From Flavobacteriales bacterium (lineage in GTDB: Bacteria; Bacteroidota; Bacteroidia; Palsa-965): a stretch of DNA of 64,000 bases. Position 1 is the first letter of the stretch. Each line of letters opens with the position of its first letter. Below the pieces are notes generated by a model. The model was not told the DNA's origin. It made no database searches and saw only the letters and a list, made by a program, of their open reading frames with translations. The position numbers and the translations under genes were made by a program. Below are positions 21,741-31,731 of this stretch, in pieces. Location: NCBI GenBank assembly GCA_040377305.1, contig JBEIPA010000005.1, forward strand, positions 32,001 through 96,000, given 5' to 3'.

Positions 21741-21998
21741 ATGCCAAAACTTCCTGACGGCGGCGCAAGAGCGAATGCAATAAAACCACAAGGTGGCGAC
21801 AGAGTTTTTCTGCGCAACGACGCGAAGCGAATCGCCATGTACCTCGAGCGCACGTATATCAAAGACAAATTAGAATACGGCACCTGCTCCTGGACAGTAT
21901 ACGAGATATTCGATGATGAACTCATCGGGAAAGAGATGCAACAGGATTTTTTGGTGAGCGAGCTGACGTTGTTTATTGATGCACCCCGCAAAGGCTAA
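21741..21998 (+). CDS. Small YodC/DUF2158-like protein (paralog 2)
   Basis: Shares AMYL.R.YIKDK.EY..C.WT.YE.FDDEL..K....DFL.SELT with 19935..20165. Confidence 0.55.
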   Translation: MPKLPDGGARANAIKPQGGDRVFLRNDAKRIAMYLERTYIKDKLEYGTCSWTVYEIFDDELIGKEMQQDFLVSELTLFIDAPRKG

Positions 21999-21999
21999 A

Positions 22000-22212
22000 T
22001 CAATCCTTCCACTTGATTTGAAATTCAATTTCATTTTCTCCGTCTCCAACTTCGTGCTCAATCGAGAACGTTGCGCGATCCGGAACGTAAATGTCTTTTC
22101 CTGCAATTGATATTCTGAAATTATCTCCGCTCTCTATGGAGTCTGCAAGTCTTCTGAGTTTCTCAACGAAGTCTGCGTTGGAGTATGTTTTTTCAATGTC
22201 GCGTGATGCCAT
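22000..22212 (-). CDS. Amphi-Trp domain-containing protein
   Basis: RDIEK.YS...FVEKLRRLAD....EIEFQIKW. Confidence 0.85.
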   Translation of the reverse strand: MASRDIEKTYSNADFVEKLRRLADSIESGDNFRISIAGKDIYVPDRATFSIEHEVGDGENEIEFQIKWKD

Positions 22213-22304
22213 GGTTGGTGGTTTTGAAAAGTGTTTTCGAGTTTAAAGTATTCTTTGGGATTGATATAACCTTTCAACCTTCAATGCGAAGGTTCGTTTT
22301 TATT

Positions 22305-25202
22305 CTATCTGCAAACTGCGAGCTTCAACGTGTACATCGCCTCGCCGTTTGTGACCTGCACAAAGTAAACGCCAGCAGCCCAGCCTTCCGACGAAACTGT
22401 CGTGTTCGAAGTGAGATTAGAAAGCTGTTGCACGCGCTGACCACTCGTGTTCGTCACTATACAAGTCCATGAGCCGGAATTAACAGGGACACTCAATGTG
22501 AAGTATTCCTGTGCAGGATTGGGATACACGCTAAATTGCGTTTGTTGAACTTCATGCAATCCTGTTAAAGCAGGATCAATATAAATCGTGTCTGAATACG
22601 CGAGCGGATAAGTCAAATTGCGGTTCGCATCAGTCAACACGACATCAGTGAGATCAAAATGAAAATTGGTCATCGAACTGATGCCCGTGTCAATGACAAC
22701 CGTGATTGAAGCTGTCGTAAAAATTCCACTGGTGTCGGAATGGTCGTTTCGAACAAGACTAACTACACGATAACCCTGTGAAAGTTCTTTGTTCAGACGC
22801 AGATGAGTAGAGTTGGTATACGGATTCATAAAAATCAGAGCGTCGTTGCTCCATGTTTTTGAAGTATCCCAATTAACGGATGCGCCGAACCCATAGAACG
22901 AAGTAATCGGATTCATACTATCTCCCACTACGAGGTTGAATGTCACTGTGTCGCCGGGTGCAACTGTATCAGCAATTCCGGTGTAGCGCAGATAAACCGT
23001 TTCGTTGGTCGAGAATGGATCTGATGCATACCGACCTACATGCATAAGTGAAAAATTATTTTGCACGGCAAGCGTATCGCTCATGTCTACAATACTGTCA
23101 CCATTACAATCGGCATGCTTCATATTTACACCGCTGAGTTGTGTTGAATCCCAATCGTCGGAAATGAACGGATGCCACTGCATGCCTTGTGCACTTCTTG
23201 CGATTCCAGTATCACCGTACGCAAGACCGAGATCCAGAAAATCAGTTACGTCTACAACGTTGTCGTCGTTAACATCGCCTGGCCACATCAACTGACAACT
23301 TTGACCAGAAGATGTAAATGGCGATGGACTACGCCACACCGCATAATTATTATCCAGTGATCCGAACAACATTTCTTCGGCATTCATGGTTACCTCATTA
23401 AATATCGCCCCGCCGTTCCCCGCGAAAGTCCACGTCGCTCCATTATCTTCCGACATATAAAATCTTCTCCAGTCAGAGATTGTATCAACCTCCACCAGCA
23501 ATTGTCCGCATCGCGCAGCAAAAAAGTTCCATGTGCGTATGCCGGGACCTGTAGGTAAACCGTTCGTGTCGGTCTGCCACGTCAGGCCATCATCATACGT
23601 TACGTGAAAACCTCCCCCATCCGGAAAACCGAAGAATGTTCCTGAGAGTTGATTGTAACCGGATGTTCTCACACTGGAAGGCCCAACGTTGAAGGCCCAC
23701 GTGGCACCACCGTCGTAAGAAATAAATCGCGGACTGTTGTTCAGTCCACATGCAATCAAGGCACCACTCGATTGGTTCACCAATAATTTCGCACACGCAA
23801 ATGGCAACGTTGGGAACGTACTGAGATAACTCCACGTCAATCCGCTGTCGGTTGATTGATAGACGTCATCCAGATAGGCATATCGCATCGTATGGTCAGG
23901 CATAATCACAATACTCGATGCAGCAGTTGGAGAAACGCAGGTGTCCCACGTTGCACCGGCATCAGTGGATTGATAAATTATTCCGGGATTGAAACTTTTA
24001 TGATTGCACACAAGGACTCCATCCGAATACTGCACCATCGTAGTTGGGCACGCAGTTCCGAATCCGACATCAACACGATCCCAATTTTCTCCATTGTCTT
24101 CCGACTGGAAATGAATGTACCAGGTATTGTTACTGTTGAATTGTCCTACGTACACTGTGGTGTCGTTGTAAAACGAAAACACATAAGCATCAGTTCCGCT
24201 CGTCCCCTGATATAGTCCGGTACCAACTGACCCATCCCCGGTTAACGTTGGGTAAATAAGCCACCGGCTCATAAATTGTCCACGCTGATTACCAATAAGC
24301 AGAATAGAATCATTTTCTATCCCGGCGAGAAAGTGAACGATGTTTGAATTGGTCTGAACGTTCTGCCAGAAAAAATTCGCAGGCTGAGGTACACTGTCGT
24401 AGTAAATAGAATTTCCCGCGCGTACATAACAAATTCCTTGTGGTGAAATCCACATCGTTTCCGCATTGAACGACACCTGACCGATATTGTTCCAGGTTAC
24501 ACCTCTGTCGGGCGATCTGAACACATTTGATCCTCCGATCACAATCAGCGTATCGGATGTTCCTATCTGTGCAATCTGTGTGATGCCAGTTGCAGAAATA
24601 GCGGCGTAACAACTGTCCCACGTCATTCCGCTATCCGACGACAAATAAAATATACGTGTGTACGTGTTGTGCGCAATCAAAAACGTTCCGCCGTCGGATG
24701 TAGTGACGCGTGCTGCATCAAACAACGAATCCAGAAATACTTCATTCCACGTTTGTCCGGAATCAAGAGACGTGTAAAGATTGCCAGGATTGTTGCTGGT
24801 GGAAAACCAATGTCCACTGGGCGCTTGCACGAGACTGCGCACCATGGTATCCGGAGATCCGACTTGTTGCCACGTGATACCACGATCCAGACTTTTCCAT
24901 ACGCCTATCGTGTCCAGTGTGCCTGCATAAATAGCTTGCTCAGCATTCACCCAAAATAGGCTGCGCACTTCTTTATTGTCGCCCGGAATTCTGCTTTCAC
25001 GAATCGTGTTCAGGCCATCGTTACTATACAATACGATCCCACTGTCGCAACCCACAAATATCTCGTTGCCAGGTGTAACTTCACAGCAAATGTCTTTGTA
25101 ATCGTAGTTTCCGTCAACAGGAACAAAGTTGACTTGCGCAATCACCGGAAAACTCATCCCTGCGAGAAGAGTAACCATCAGGATTCTGAAAAACGTTTTC
25201 AC
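22305..25202 (-). CDS. T9SS-secreted BNR/beta-propeller protein with dockerin-like and cohesin-like domains
   Basis: Many S.D.G.TW repeats; WPGDVNDDNVVDVTD and ADCNGDSIVDMSD; C-terminal VYPNPA...GVYFVQV; GTG start inferred. Confidence 0.85.
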   Translation of the reverse strand: MKTFFRILMVTLLAGMSFPVIAQVNFVPVDGNYDYKDICCEVTPGNEIFVGCDSGIVLYSNDGLNTIRESRIPGDNKEVRSLFWVNAEQAIYAGTLDTIGVWKSLDRGITWQQVGSPDTMVRSLVQAPSGHWFSTSNNPGNLYTSLDSGQTWNEVFLDSLFDAARVTTSDGGTFLIAHNTYTRIFYLSSDSGMTWDSCYAAISATGITQIAQIGTSDTLIVIGGSNVFRSPDRGVTWNNIGQVSFNAETMWISPQGICYVRAGNSIYYDSVPQPANFFWQNVQTNSNIVHFLAGIENDSILLIGNQRGQFMSRWLIYPTLTGDGSVGTGLYQGTSGTDAYVFSFYNDTTVYVGQFNSNNTWYIHFQSEDNGENWDRVDVGFGTACPTTMVQYSDGVLVCNHKSFNPGIIYQSTDAGATWDTCVSPTAASSIVIMPDHTMRYAYLDDVYQSTDSGLTWSYLSTFPTLPFACAKLLVNQSSGALIACGLNNSPRFISYDGGATWAFNVGPSSVRTSGYNQLSGTFFGFPDGGGFHVTYDDGLTWQTDTNGLPTGPGIRTWNFFAARCGQLLVEVDTISDWRRFYMSEDNGATWTFAGNGGAIFNEVTMNAEEMLFGSLDNNYAVWRSPSPFTSSGQSCQLMWPGDVNDDNVVDVTDFLDLGLAYGDTGIARSAQGMQWHPFISDDWDSTQLSGVNMKHADCNGDSIVDMSDTLAVQNNFSLMHVGRYASDPFSTNETVYLRYTGIADTVAPGDTVTFNLVVGDSMNPITSFYGFGASVNWDTSKTWSNDALIFMNPYTNSTHLRLNKELSQGYRVVSLVRNDHSDTSGIFTTASITVVIDTGISSMTNFHFDLTDVVLTDANRNLTYPLAYSDTIYIDPALTGLHEVQQTQFSVYPNPAQEYFTLSVPVNSGSWTCIVTNTSGQRVQQLSNLTSNTTVSSEGWAAGVYFVQVTNGEAMYTLKLAVCR

Positions 25203-25315
25203 TACAGGTATTTTGGTTGGAGGTTGAGTTCTAAAGATCGGAAAATAAAGTGTTAAAGTGGATGTAGCGCAGAAAATGGGCGGGAGGCTACATAACATTC
25301 TTCCTATATTTATTC

Positions 25316-26295
25316 ATGCCCTCCCGAAAAACCCTCGCCGATCTCTCCGTTGCTGCTAAACATTTCGGTGGCAAATCGCTCGCGAAAGAATACAAGAACA
25401 TGCACGCTCCTGTTCCATGGATGTGCAAGAAAGGACATACCTGGGATGCACCGTTCGAATATATCGTAAGCGGACAATGGTGCCCTCAATGCTATCGCGA
25501 TGAAAAGAAACGTGCATGGATTGAGCGGATGTATGACACGGTAAAAAAACGCGGAGGAGAAATCATCTCGCCTGAACCCGAAAAGACTAGTTCAAAAATA
25601 AAAGTCCGGTGCGACAGGAAACACATATTTACTGCCGACGCAAAATTTTTACATGACGGCTGGTGGTGCAAGCAATGTGCAACTGAGAAGATGAAGGAGC
25701 GGTCGTTTATACGCATTCAGGAAATAGCAAAGAAAAAGGCGGCGTGTGTTTGTCAACTAACTACATTGGCATTGCGGGAAAGTTGAAATTTCAATGTGCG
25801 AAAGGGCACACGTGGAGCTTCAGTGGTCATCACGTGAAGACATCCTGGTGCTCGCAATGTCTGATTGAAGCGAAAAAAGAAAAGCAGTTGAAGTCTTTCC
25901 GCGAACACGCTAATAAAAAAGGCGGCAAACTTCTCTCAACTCTCTTTAAGGACACGCACTCCAAAGTAATGTGGGAGTGTAAAGAAGGACATCATTGGTT
26001 GTCATCACCGCACTCCGTCACAAGCGGCAAAAGCTGGTGTCCGGAATGTGGCGAAAAACAAAGAGCAAAGAACAGACGTCGGCACACGATAGAAGCCATT
26101 CAGAAAGAAGCAAAGAAGCGTGGCGGGAAACTTCTTTCAAAAGAATACACGTCCACCGAACAAAAGCTTCATTGGGAGTGCGCGAAAAAACACCGGTGGT
26201 ATGCCGAGTGGAGTAACGTATTGCACAATGGCGCGTGGTGTCAGAAATGCTATTGGGAGAGAAGAGAACGGGATGAGTTTGGGAGGTATGCGTGA
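25316..26295 (+). pseudogene. Five-repeat zinc-ribbon (treble-clef-like) protein split by a 1-nt frameshift near 25735
   Basis: ORFs 25316..25786 and 25744..26295 carry the same GG..LS..Y......W.C..GH.W.........WC..C repeat; one extra A restores AKKKGGVCLS. Confidence 0.75.
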
Positions 26296-26384
26296 GAGAA
26301 CTTAAACCGGGACTACCGCACAAGTGCCAGTGTAAAAATCGTCATACATAGAATGCAGAGTGGCGAATATACTAGCGCAAAGAA

Positions 26385-26792
26385 TCAAGCCGCTTTCTTC
26401 TTCTTTGTTTTCCTCAATCTATAAGAGCGGTTGAGTACTTCCTGCCGTACATTGAATTTATCAGCGAGCTTGCGAACTACGTCTTTAGGGATCGTCTTTC
26501 TGTAATTCAGAATCTGGGAAATATATCCCTTCGTCACACCAAGTTCAGTTGCCAGATCCACAGCCTTTACGTTTTGTTCTGCCATTAGTACGGCAAGAAC
26601 TTCCACCGGATCCAGCAACGGATAATCACGCTGCTCTTCGTCATACGTTTCAATCAGTAGAGTGAGTAGTGCAATTTCTTCTTCCTGCTCTGCACTTTTT
26701 TTGCCTTTTGAAAATACGATCTTGTCCAGAATGTCGCAATACTTCAGGTACTGTTGATCCGTTCTGATGACTTTATATTTCAATGTTTCCAT
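26385..26792 (-). CDS. higA: HigA-type HTH antitoxin (copy 2)
   Basis: METLKYKVI...LGVTKGYISQILNY; paralog of 17922..18332. Confidence 0.88.
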   Translation of the reverse strand: METLKYKVIRTDQQYLKYCDILDKIVFSKGKKSAEQEEEIALLTLLIETYDEEQRDYPLLDPVEVLAVLMAEQNVKAVDLATELGVTKGYISQILNYRKTIPKDVVRKLADKFNVRQEVLNRSYRLRKTKKKKAA

Positions 26793-26793
26793 T

Positions 26794-26898
26794 TTAATAA
26801 ATTGATACTGTGTACTGCTTACCCTGCTTGCACAATTTCGAATACTCCGCATGAGTTCCGATCCATCGCGTACGCTCCTTGATCAAATGAACCTTCAT
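26794..26898 (-). pseudogene. higB: Internally deleted higB toxin remnant (34-aa in-frame mini-ORF)
   Basis: MKVHLIKERTRWIGTHAEYSKLCKQGKQYTVSIY; C-terminus matches copy 1 WIGTHSDYSKLCKENKQYT. Confidence 0.8.
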
Positions 26899-27149
26899 AC
26901 AAATATAGAGCTAAATAAATAGTTTACCAATGGTATACTTTTGTAAAATATCGATATGGGCGCAAGTTAATTTGAAAGTTTTGAGATAGTCGGGAGCAAA
27001 TGGTTCGACAGGCTCACCACACGCTGTTTGAAAACGGATAGACGTGGCGCCAATGTGAAAAAGATGCCGCCGCAGTCTTCAAAACAACCCCGCAAGCGTT
27101 TAACCCTTGCAGGGTTGTATCCAAACACCACTCCACCGTTATAGTACAA

Positions 27150-27620
27150 ATGCATCGCCTCCTTCCCTTTTTTCTGCTCATCACATTTTACGGCTGTTCT
27201 TCCGATCAACCCGACACGCTCCGGAAGTACCACGCGCGACTTGATACCTGTTGTAACACCACAGCACTGTCTGAGTACATGGTGCCAGTGGACACAAACT
27301 ACCTGAAAACACTAATCGGAAAAACAGTTGGCGAAGTACTCGATTCGTTGAAGCTCCATCATGTTCGCACCGAACACGGCTTTCCTTCACTCATGGGTAT
27401 TTGTTGTCTCAGTCACTATCACATTCAACTACCGAACAGGTATCACATGCACATTTATGTCAGCGATTACAAATTCATTGATCCCTGCGAACAGTCTTAT
27501 GAACGGTGGGATGAAGCCGGGTTCATGTTGGAGACCGTCGGTGTAATTACGGTGCAGCGGAGAATGGGCTGCTATTTCAGAACGGACTGGGAAGAGTTTG
27601 CTGCCTACAACAACATGTGA
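27150..27620 (+). CDS. Hypothetical lipoprotein
   Basis: Lipobox FYGC. Confidence 0.55.
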   Translation: MHRLLPFFLLITFYGCSSDQPDTLRKYHARLDTCCNTTALSEYMVPVDTNYLKTLIGKTVGEVLDSLKLHHVRTEHGFPSLMGICCLSHYHIQLPNRYHMHIYVSDYKFIDPCEQSYERWDEAGFMLETVGVITVQRRMGCYFRTDWEEFAAYNNM

Positions 27621-27720
27621 TCATATCACCTCGGCTAGCACCCGGTCCAACGTCCGCCGCGGCGGATAACCCTTCCAGTGTTATCCTGTATCTTTCTCTC
27701 CTCTTCCACATTATGAATTC

Positions 27721-28749
27721 ATGAATCACCTTTGCGTTTTTCTCCTCGTACTCATCACCACGCTTTGTTCCGCACAGCCGCGCCTGACCAGATATTACCA
27801 TGCCATGCACGACACCTGTCCTGATCCACTCAAAAATCACATCAGGCAACGCACGATTTACACGCGCTGCGGAGATGTAGGCTGGTGCCGGGAAGACACA
27901 ACCATTGAAAAATTCGATCGGCAAGGACGCCTCATCAGCATTGAAAAGCACAGCACAGATTCGTACGGCAACCGTTTGCTGCATCACGACTTCACGTACG
28001 ATTCCCTCGGACGCACTGTTCGCGACACCGGAATTTACGATGAGAAAACAGCCTTCTTCCCTGAAGGATATCTCGTCGAATATGAATATCCCGATCGGTA
28101 CACCGCAATTGAACGTGTGTTTTACCTCGGAAAGAAAATCGTGACCACGCGACAATACAACAAGGACTACGTGCTCACGCATCTGCTCACCATCGAGAAC
28201 GGGAGAGACACCGTGCAACATATCTACACGCGTGGCGATACCACCATTACTTTGACCTGGGCAAACTTTCTGCGGTTAACTACACCAGACGCATTCACGC
28301 TTGACGACAGCAGCATCACCATAAAAACGAAAGACCTGTATTATACCTACAGCAGCAAAGCAGACGGGGCTCACTGGCAACCAGTCGCTACGCTCATCCG
28401 ATACGATTCAGAAGGACGAATGATTTACAAGCTGCGTTATCATCACGGAAATATTCTTGCGGATTCCATCGTGCCAACCTACAATGACAAAAACCAACTC
28501 ATCAAAGAAACATGGTACGGTCGCAGTGAGAATGGCGAAAAACATATCCGATATCACATTCAATACACATACAACAAGAATCAATTGATTGAATCGCGCG
28601 AGTGGGAAGAGCATCATCCAGATCAGCTTTCAATTCGTCGGTTTGCCTACAACAGAAAAGGACTGCGCACCAAGTGGGAATTTATCTGGACGAACGAGGA
28701 AGGAAAACAGGAAGTGCACATGACGGAGGTGTGGGAGTTTGAGTATTGA
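27721..28749 (+). CDS. Secreted YD/RHS-like repeat protein (paralog 3)
   Basis: Signal peptide, DTCPDPLKNHIRQR, YD..GR repeats. Confidence 0.7.
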   Translation: MNHLCVFLLVLITTLCSAQPRLTRYYHAMHDTCPDPLKNHIRQRTIYTRCGDVGWCREDTTIEKFDRQGRLISIEKHSTDSYGNRLLHHDFTYDSLGRTVRDTGIYDEKTAFFPEGYLVEYEYPDRYTAIERVFYLGKKIVTTRQYNKDYVLTHLLTIENGRDTVQHIYTRGDTTITLTWANFLRLTTPDAFTLDDSSITIKTKDLYYTYSSKADGAHWQPVATLIRYDSEGRMIYKLRYHHGNILADSIVPTYNDKNQLIKETWYGRSENGEKHIRYHIQYTYNKNQLIESREWEEHHPDQLSIRRFAYNRKGLRTKWEFIWTNEEGKQEVHMTEVWEFEY

Positions 28750-28957
28750 TGAGGGTGCTCATAAGGAGCAGGGTTACACGTGCGTGTGAATTACAATTTC
28801 GTATTGGTGCAAGTCGGCTTACATACTAACGTCCGTATTGCCACGCACCGCCCCTACCTTCTTTACGTACTTCTACGCGAAGAACTACGTAATCGCTCGC
28901 GTTTTTGAAATCGTGTTTTCTTGTTTTGTTTTTTTGACAAACTCAAAAACAAAAAAC

Positions 28958-29242
28958 ATGTCCAGTTATCTAAGATTGAAAAAGCCTTCATTTAAAGATG
29001 GCCACCTAAAAGTTCGCATTGAATGGAAAGTCTCTGCGAAAATTCTAATTCACCAAATCAGTTACAGTGATCACTACGCGTTCGAGCGAAAAGTCGGACT
29101 CAATAAATGGATCACGGTAGCCGATGTGAAATACGGCAAGATCAAATTGAAGGTTACGAGAAAAGATGTTTGTGCGAAGTGGAGCGTCGACCTTCCGGAT
29201 CCATTCAGGGATATCACGCTTAAGGATTGTAAAAAATTCTAA
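28958..29242 (+). CDS. Hypothetical basic protein
   Basis: ATG after A-rich Bacteroidota-type initiation region; 94 aa. Confidence 0.45.
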   Translation: MSSYLRLKKPSFKDGHLKVRIEWKVSAKILIHQISYSDHYAFERKVGLNKWITVADVKYGKIKLKVTRKDVCAKWSVDLPDPFRDITLKDCKKF

Positions 29243-29350
29243 GTGAGTTTCAGTAGAGAGGAAGAGCGTGTTTTGAATCGCTGTTCCTTTAGCGAGGAAA
29301 GCCCTGGATTCGTACGAACTCTGCAGGGTTAGAAACCGTATCTTTTCCCC

Positions 29351-29815
29351 ATGTCCGACAACATCCGCAAATACGTTGAAGTCCTCGCAGCTCTGCGCGA
29401 AGATGGAATCCTCACTGATAAAAAAGACTTTACCTGCCAAATAGGCGAATGGTTAGTCGAACAGCTTTACAACGGCAAGCGCGCCGCCAGCACCATTCAA
29501 AAAGGTTGGGACATAAAAGTCGGAGATGAATTCTGGCAAGTGAAGACACATTCAAAGAATGAAGGCAACTCAAGTCGCTTTACCGCTATCAAGAGCGACC
29601 CGGGAATTCAGGTCGACGTGTTAATCATCATCGTGTTTACTTACGACTACAAGTTGAAAGAGTTTTATAAAGTGCCGTGGGCTGTTGCGCAGAAACTGAT
29701 AGAACGCAGAGGCGGACTTGTGCAGAAAGAAGTGTTGAGGTGGAAGGAGATTGAAAAGTATCGGGTGGATACTGGGGAGTTGCCGAGGCAGGAGGTGGTG
29801 GGGTTGTTTAGGTGA
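29351..29815 (+). CDS. Putative PD-(D/E)XK nuclease-fold protein (DUF6998-like)
   Basis: IGEW...QKGWD.....QVKT motif. Confidence 0.6.
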   Translation: MSDNIRKYVEVLAALREDGILTDKKDFTCQIGEWLVEQLYNGKRAASTIQKGWDIKVGDEFWQVKTHSKNEGNSSRFTAIKSDPGIQVDVLIIIVFTYDYKLKEFYKVPWAVAQKLIERRGGLVQKEVLRWKEIEKYRVDTGELPRQEVVGLFR

Positions 29816-29887
29816 ATCTCATGTTGCCAGCCTACCATCGGTTCTTTTGCGTCTACTGTTATTTTAGTACAGCGATTTCTTACCTCT

Positions 29888-31018
29888 CTAATTTTCCTGA
29901 ACCAAAGTCAAAACAGATCTATCGAGCTTAACAAGATTGTTCATTGGTTTCGTGAAAGCCGCATGAGCATAATCATATTCATGACCACACAACAACAATA
30001 CCACCGGTCCTCGATTACTCCAGATTTCAGAGTATCGCGTTATTTGTCCCACCGCTCTATCCGTCGAACTCGTGCTTCTATCTCCACGTTTCATCTCGAT
30101 CATTATCGTTTCATCAATCACAATATCCGCCCGGCCCTTGTTGCCATGTTCATTATCACCAATTGGAAATTCAAGTTCGACTTCTGAATGCGGCATTGCG
30201 TTCTTCAAATGACGATATAGCAAATCTTGATACTCATATTCATATTTACATTTTTCAGGATGCCAGTTATGCAATGCACTAATAAAATCATTGAATAATT
30301 TTGAACTGCTTTCCGCCATGGCGTGACTAACGTGTTCATGCTTTTTTGTATTTAAAACTAATTTGTCGCTGCTTGTATTAAGTCGTATCACATCGCGCGA
30401 ACCGTGACCTCTTCTTCTACCGAACAAGTGAATTATATCATTTTTAATCCGTTTCAGAATATTCGGATTCGAACGGTATAGAATTACCATTATTACGACA
30501 CCAGTTATTAGTGGCAACCAAAACCACTTATATGTAAAATTCTCGAAACGGATATAACGAATCATTGTATGCCCGGTGAAACTTTGGATTGGTTTGCGGA
30601 TAAAAATCGAGAGTATTTGAAGAGATTTCCATCCTAAAGCACCAAAAAACAACCACCAACCAAGATTGTAGAGAATTTCATCGCGCGAAGTGGTACGAGT
30701 CGTCTTTGCAGTATCGCGAAAGGTGTAATAATAAGTTTTTAACCTCGAAATTGCACGCTTACCCGTCCAACGTCCAGTGTCATCACGCCAGCCACTCACC
30801 CATGCCAAAATAATAATTGCACCGTAAAACATGAAGAAAAGCGTCGCATGCCATGTTAGTCTATCGTATGGCACCTCTAAATACCAATCTAAAATTGGAG
30901 CAACGATTAGAACGCATACAGCCCCGATAAGAAAATTCTTCATTTTTCTTCCGTACAGATATCGATCAACGTTATCAATTGCATCCCAAAATTTTGATCG
31001 AGCTTGGTTTTGTTCCAT
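29888..31018 (-). CDS. Multi-TM protein with C-terminal PD-(D/E)XK nuclease-like domain
   Basis: About four N-terminal TM segments; EYEYQDLLY, GRADIVID...IEMK, GQITRY. Confidence 0.65.
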   Translation of the reverse strand: MEQNQARSKFWDAIDNVDRYLYGRKMKNFLIGAVCVLIVAPILDWYLEVPYDRLTWHATLFFMFYGAIIILAWVSGWRDDTGRWTGKRAISRLKTYYYTFRDTAKTTRTTSRDEILYNLGWWLFFGALGWKSLQILSIFIRKPIQSFTGHTMIRYIRFENFTYKWFWLPLITGVVIMVILYRSNPNILKRIKNDIIHLFGRRRGHGSRDVIRLNTSSDKLVLNTKKHEHVSHAMAESSSKLFNDFISALHNWHPEKCKYEYEYQDLLYRHLKNAMPHSEVELEFPIGDNEHGNKGRADIVIDETIMIEMKRGDRSTSSTDRAVGQITRYSEIWSNRGPVVLLLCGHEYDYAHAAFTKPMNNLVKLDRSVLTLVQEN

Positions 31019-31348
31019 ATCAGTGGATTTATTTGTAACGCTCTAATTTGTCTTCAATACAACAAACTGTCTCCTACTTATTGGCTTCAATCACGAATCA
31101 GTTTTCAAGCTTTTCTTCGAAGAATCCATGTTGTTGCATGCCCGTTATCATTCCTGCATGGTGGAAACGTCTCTCCTTTGGACAATGGAATCTCATTCTG
31201 CGGATGACGCACACAATAGTAAACTCCACTAGTCTGACATTTTTCTCCGGTTGTTCCGCGTTCTGCTGATGCACTCATAACTGTTCATATTATAGATAAT
31301 GCTTACTCTGTTCCGGATTTTCAGCCTCCTCCGTTTGGTGTATATTGA

Positions 31349-31657
31349 TTAAGGAGGTGGTACACATACCTTGCACGCCTCATATTCTTGTTGCTTTGCC
31401 TCTATAATCGATATTGGAATTCTGCTTTTTTTCAGATATCGGCATTCGCTGCGATGATACTTTTCCCCGGTATTGGTTATGTAAACAACTGTATCTTCCG
31501 ATGAATGAATCTGATCAACAACCTCACCTTTATCCTCACTTATGGTATCATGATTCCCACAAGATGAATTGGAGTTGAGTATCAGAACCAGCAGCGGAAG
31601 ACAAAGAATAGTCGTGATTCGAGACCTGAATCTCATCCAGCAATCAATCCTTTGCAT
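31349..31657 (-). CDS. Small exported protein with Ada-like metal-binding tail
   Basis: VYITNTGEKYHRSECRYLKKS...ACKVC; hydrophobic N-terminus followed by SSC. Confidence 0.65.
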   Translation of the reverse strand: MQRIDCWMRFRSRITTILCLPLLVLILNSNSSCGNHDTISEDKGEVVDQIHSSEDTVVYITNTGEKYHRSECRYLKKSRIPISIIEAKQQEYEACKVCVPPP

Positions 31658-31731
31658 ACTTCAAAAATCAAACTCTGGAGTCGAAAACTGAAAACTGTTT
31701 TTTGAAAGACCGGAATTTCTTTCCCAACCGG

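Noticed and set aside
25727-25742. Programmed -1 frameshift
   Set aside because: G-AAA-AAG is not a canonical X-XXY-YYZ slippery site and no clear stimulator is visible
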